In this document: in pieces, positions 62,101-64,000 of the stretch
Position numbering within the stretch: position 1 is the stretch's first letter
Layout of the letters: each line of letters begins with the position of its first letter
From: Vitrella brassicaformis CCMP3155
Lineage: Eukaryota; Protista; Chromerida
Reading direction: 5' to 3'
Length of the DNA: 64,000 bases
Assembly (NCBI GenBank): GCA_001179505.1
Contig: CDMY01000218.1
Location: 1 to 64,000 of the forward strand
Notes under the pieces: model-generated
The model's input: the letters and a program-made list of their open reading frames with translations, nothing else
Databases searched by the model: none
Told to the model about the DNA's origin: nothing
Translations under genes and position numbers: made by a program

Positions 62101-62954
62101 ACCTGGGCGACGCCACACTGGCCCACGTGCTGATGGGCTCGGCCATGTACAACAACATGGGTGTCTTCGACCCCAACGAGGGCGCCGCGCGCGGCCTGGC
62201 CCTGCACAAGATGATCCGCCTGTTTGGCTGCGGGCTGGGCGGCGACGGGTACATGACCTTCATGGGCAACGAGTTCGGCCACCCGGAGTGGATCGACATG
62301 CCGCGGGCGGGCAACGGGTGGTCGCACTCACACGCGCGCCGCCGATGGGACCTGGCGGACAACAAGGACCTCAAGTTCAAGAACTTCGAGTTCTTCGAGG
62401 CGTGTTTGTTGCGCTGGGAGAGCAAGCTCCAGTGGATGGCCGCCCCCTCCGAGAAGCTCATCGTCTGCATGCCGAGCGACAAGGTCGTCGCCTTCGAGCG
62501 GGGCCCCTGCCTCTTCCTCTTCAACTTCCACCCCACGGCCTGGTACAGCCAGTACCGAATCGGCACCTCATCCACCACTCCCCTCCTCGCAGCACTCGAC
62601 ACCGACGAGGGCCGGTTCGGCGGCCTTGACCGCCACCAGGACGCGCACCTGAAGCCGTTCCCCATCGGGGAGGGCTGGAATGAGTGCGATGGGTCGATCT
62701 TGGTCGACCTTCCAGCCCGCACCGGCCTGGTGCTGGCGCCGGTGGACGTGCTCGAGAAGGCGCGCCGGACGGCGGTCAAGGGCGAGGAGGTCCTGGCCAT
62801 GGACGTGGACGACTTCGTGTCGTCCCTGCCGAGGTGGAAGATCAGGGCCAACGGGGCGGCGCCCGCCACCAGTGGCAGCGTCGGCACGGCCATCAAGGGC
62901 GGCGTGTCGTCGATGCCTGTGGGGGGCGTACGGCCCATGAAGAATGGCTTCTGA
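57755..62954 (+). CDS. Fusion protein: ABM-like x2 + CBM48/GH13_8 branching-enzyme-like fold split by an inserted GT4 glycosyltransferase
   Basis: Branching-enzyme motifs: [73 protein letters not shown], then [16 protein letters not shown] and VVAFERG...FNFHP. GT4 motifs: [45 protein letters not shown]. The introns are all GT-AG and in frame. Confidence 0.92.
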
Positions 62955-63226
62955 GCGAATGAGGGAGGGAGGGATGGAGGTCGCCGTGCCGACCACACGA
63001 GCAGTCCGGCTAGCTCAGCTCGTTTTTCCTTCCTCGGTTGGCTTGGCTGCTGCCTGGATTGCTCGGCTGGCGTGACGTGGCCTGCCCTGCTGGTGCGCGT
63101 GGTCGGTAGGCTCCTGTTGCTCTCTGTCCGCGATGTGTTTGCTTATGCCCATACATGTGTGTGTGTGTGTGCGTGTCGATGTGGTCTGCATTTTTCTGGT
63201 TTGGGAGCGCGGGCACAGCAGCAGAG

Positions 63227-63261
<35 letters not shown>

Positions 63262-64000
63262 TGCGTGGTTTCTTTCTCTGTCTATCTACCTATCTTTTTT
63301 CTGACGGACAGACAGCCAGACGGGCGGGGATGCAGGCAGGCAGACACGCCGGCATGCCGGTAGGCAAGTTTCTGGGGTCTGCCTGCCTGCCTGTCTGTTT
63401 GGATGGGGCCCTTCTGTGTGTCACGTGCTGTGGTGTCATGTGTCCTGTGTCCTGTGTGGCCCATTGAGGGTGGGCTGGTGAGAGCCAGGGAGGTGGTCAC
63501 TTGACGATGCGTCAATGGTGTGAAAAAAATGAATGGATGGATGGATGGATGGTGCCGAAAGGTCATTGGACCTTATCCGCAGCCAGACGGACAGACAGAC
63601 AGACAGACACCAAGGTAGCGAGCCAGTGTGTAGAGAGAGATGCACCCCACCCTCAGATGCAATCAATGCCTGCAATGCCACTCACGCCACCCACCATGGG
63701 GCGTTTTGTAGTTCTCGCGGCCCCCTCTCTCTTGCCGGGCGGGCGGGCGGGGGTGCGATTGAACGGTTAAGTCCATCCACCGTGTGGCGCTGTGTGTGTG
63801 GCTGACGTGTATGATAGCCAGACAGACAGACTGACGGGTGTCGGTCGGTGGCTGCCTGTGTTGTGCTTGTGGGAGGCAGGCAGGTGTGCTTGTGGGAGGC
63901 AGGCAGGTGCGGAGCGGACACTTTCAAGAAAGAGGCGTCGATGTATGGATGGAGGGATGGATGGGTAAAATGGGTGCGTGAGTGAGTCTTTTATGGCGGG

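Noticed and set aside
9002-63927. Long antisense and alternative-frame ORFs in the ORF track (e.g. CVCVC/THTHT-rich)
   Set aside because: They are shadows of GC-rich exons and translated intronic microsatellites, and many start at non-ATG codons or run through N gaps.

Overview
This is an intron-rich, GC-rich eukaryotic nuclear scaffold with six ~300-N gaps. Its introns are short and full of (CA)n/(GA)n/(CT)n/(TG)n and (GGAT)n microsatellites. Together with an ApiAP2 gene and a lineage-specific multicopy family, this points to a chromerid alveolate, most likely Vitrella brassicaformis (inference; no database search was run). Genes were assembled by hand from GT/GC-AG sites. In order they are: multicopy family copy A; a RecQ helicase remnant; a toxin-like R-S-E ADP-ribosyltransferase with exon-modular acidic repeats; a ~15-kb Piezo channel gene; a SAP/Zn/SIM protein; a SWIM-RING protein; a Cys-rich hypothetical; CKS1; family copies B, C and D (B and D form a ~2.8-kb inverted duplication enclosing C and a hypothetical gene); V-ATPase subunit H; a 43-bp minisatellite; an ApiAP2 factor with a triplicated block; and a large glucan-metabolism fusion gene. 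The most striking feature is that last gene (57755-62954). It encodes two ABM/LsrG-like domains followed by a GH13_8 branching-enzyme fold that has lost catalytic residues, and a complete, apparently active GT4 glycosyltransferase is inserted in frame inside its catalytic barrel. Exon boundaries are manual and approximate unless stated.
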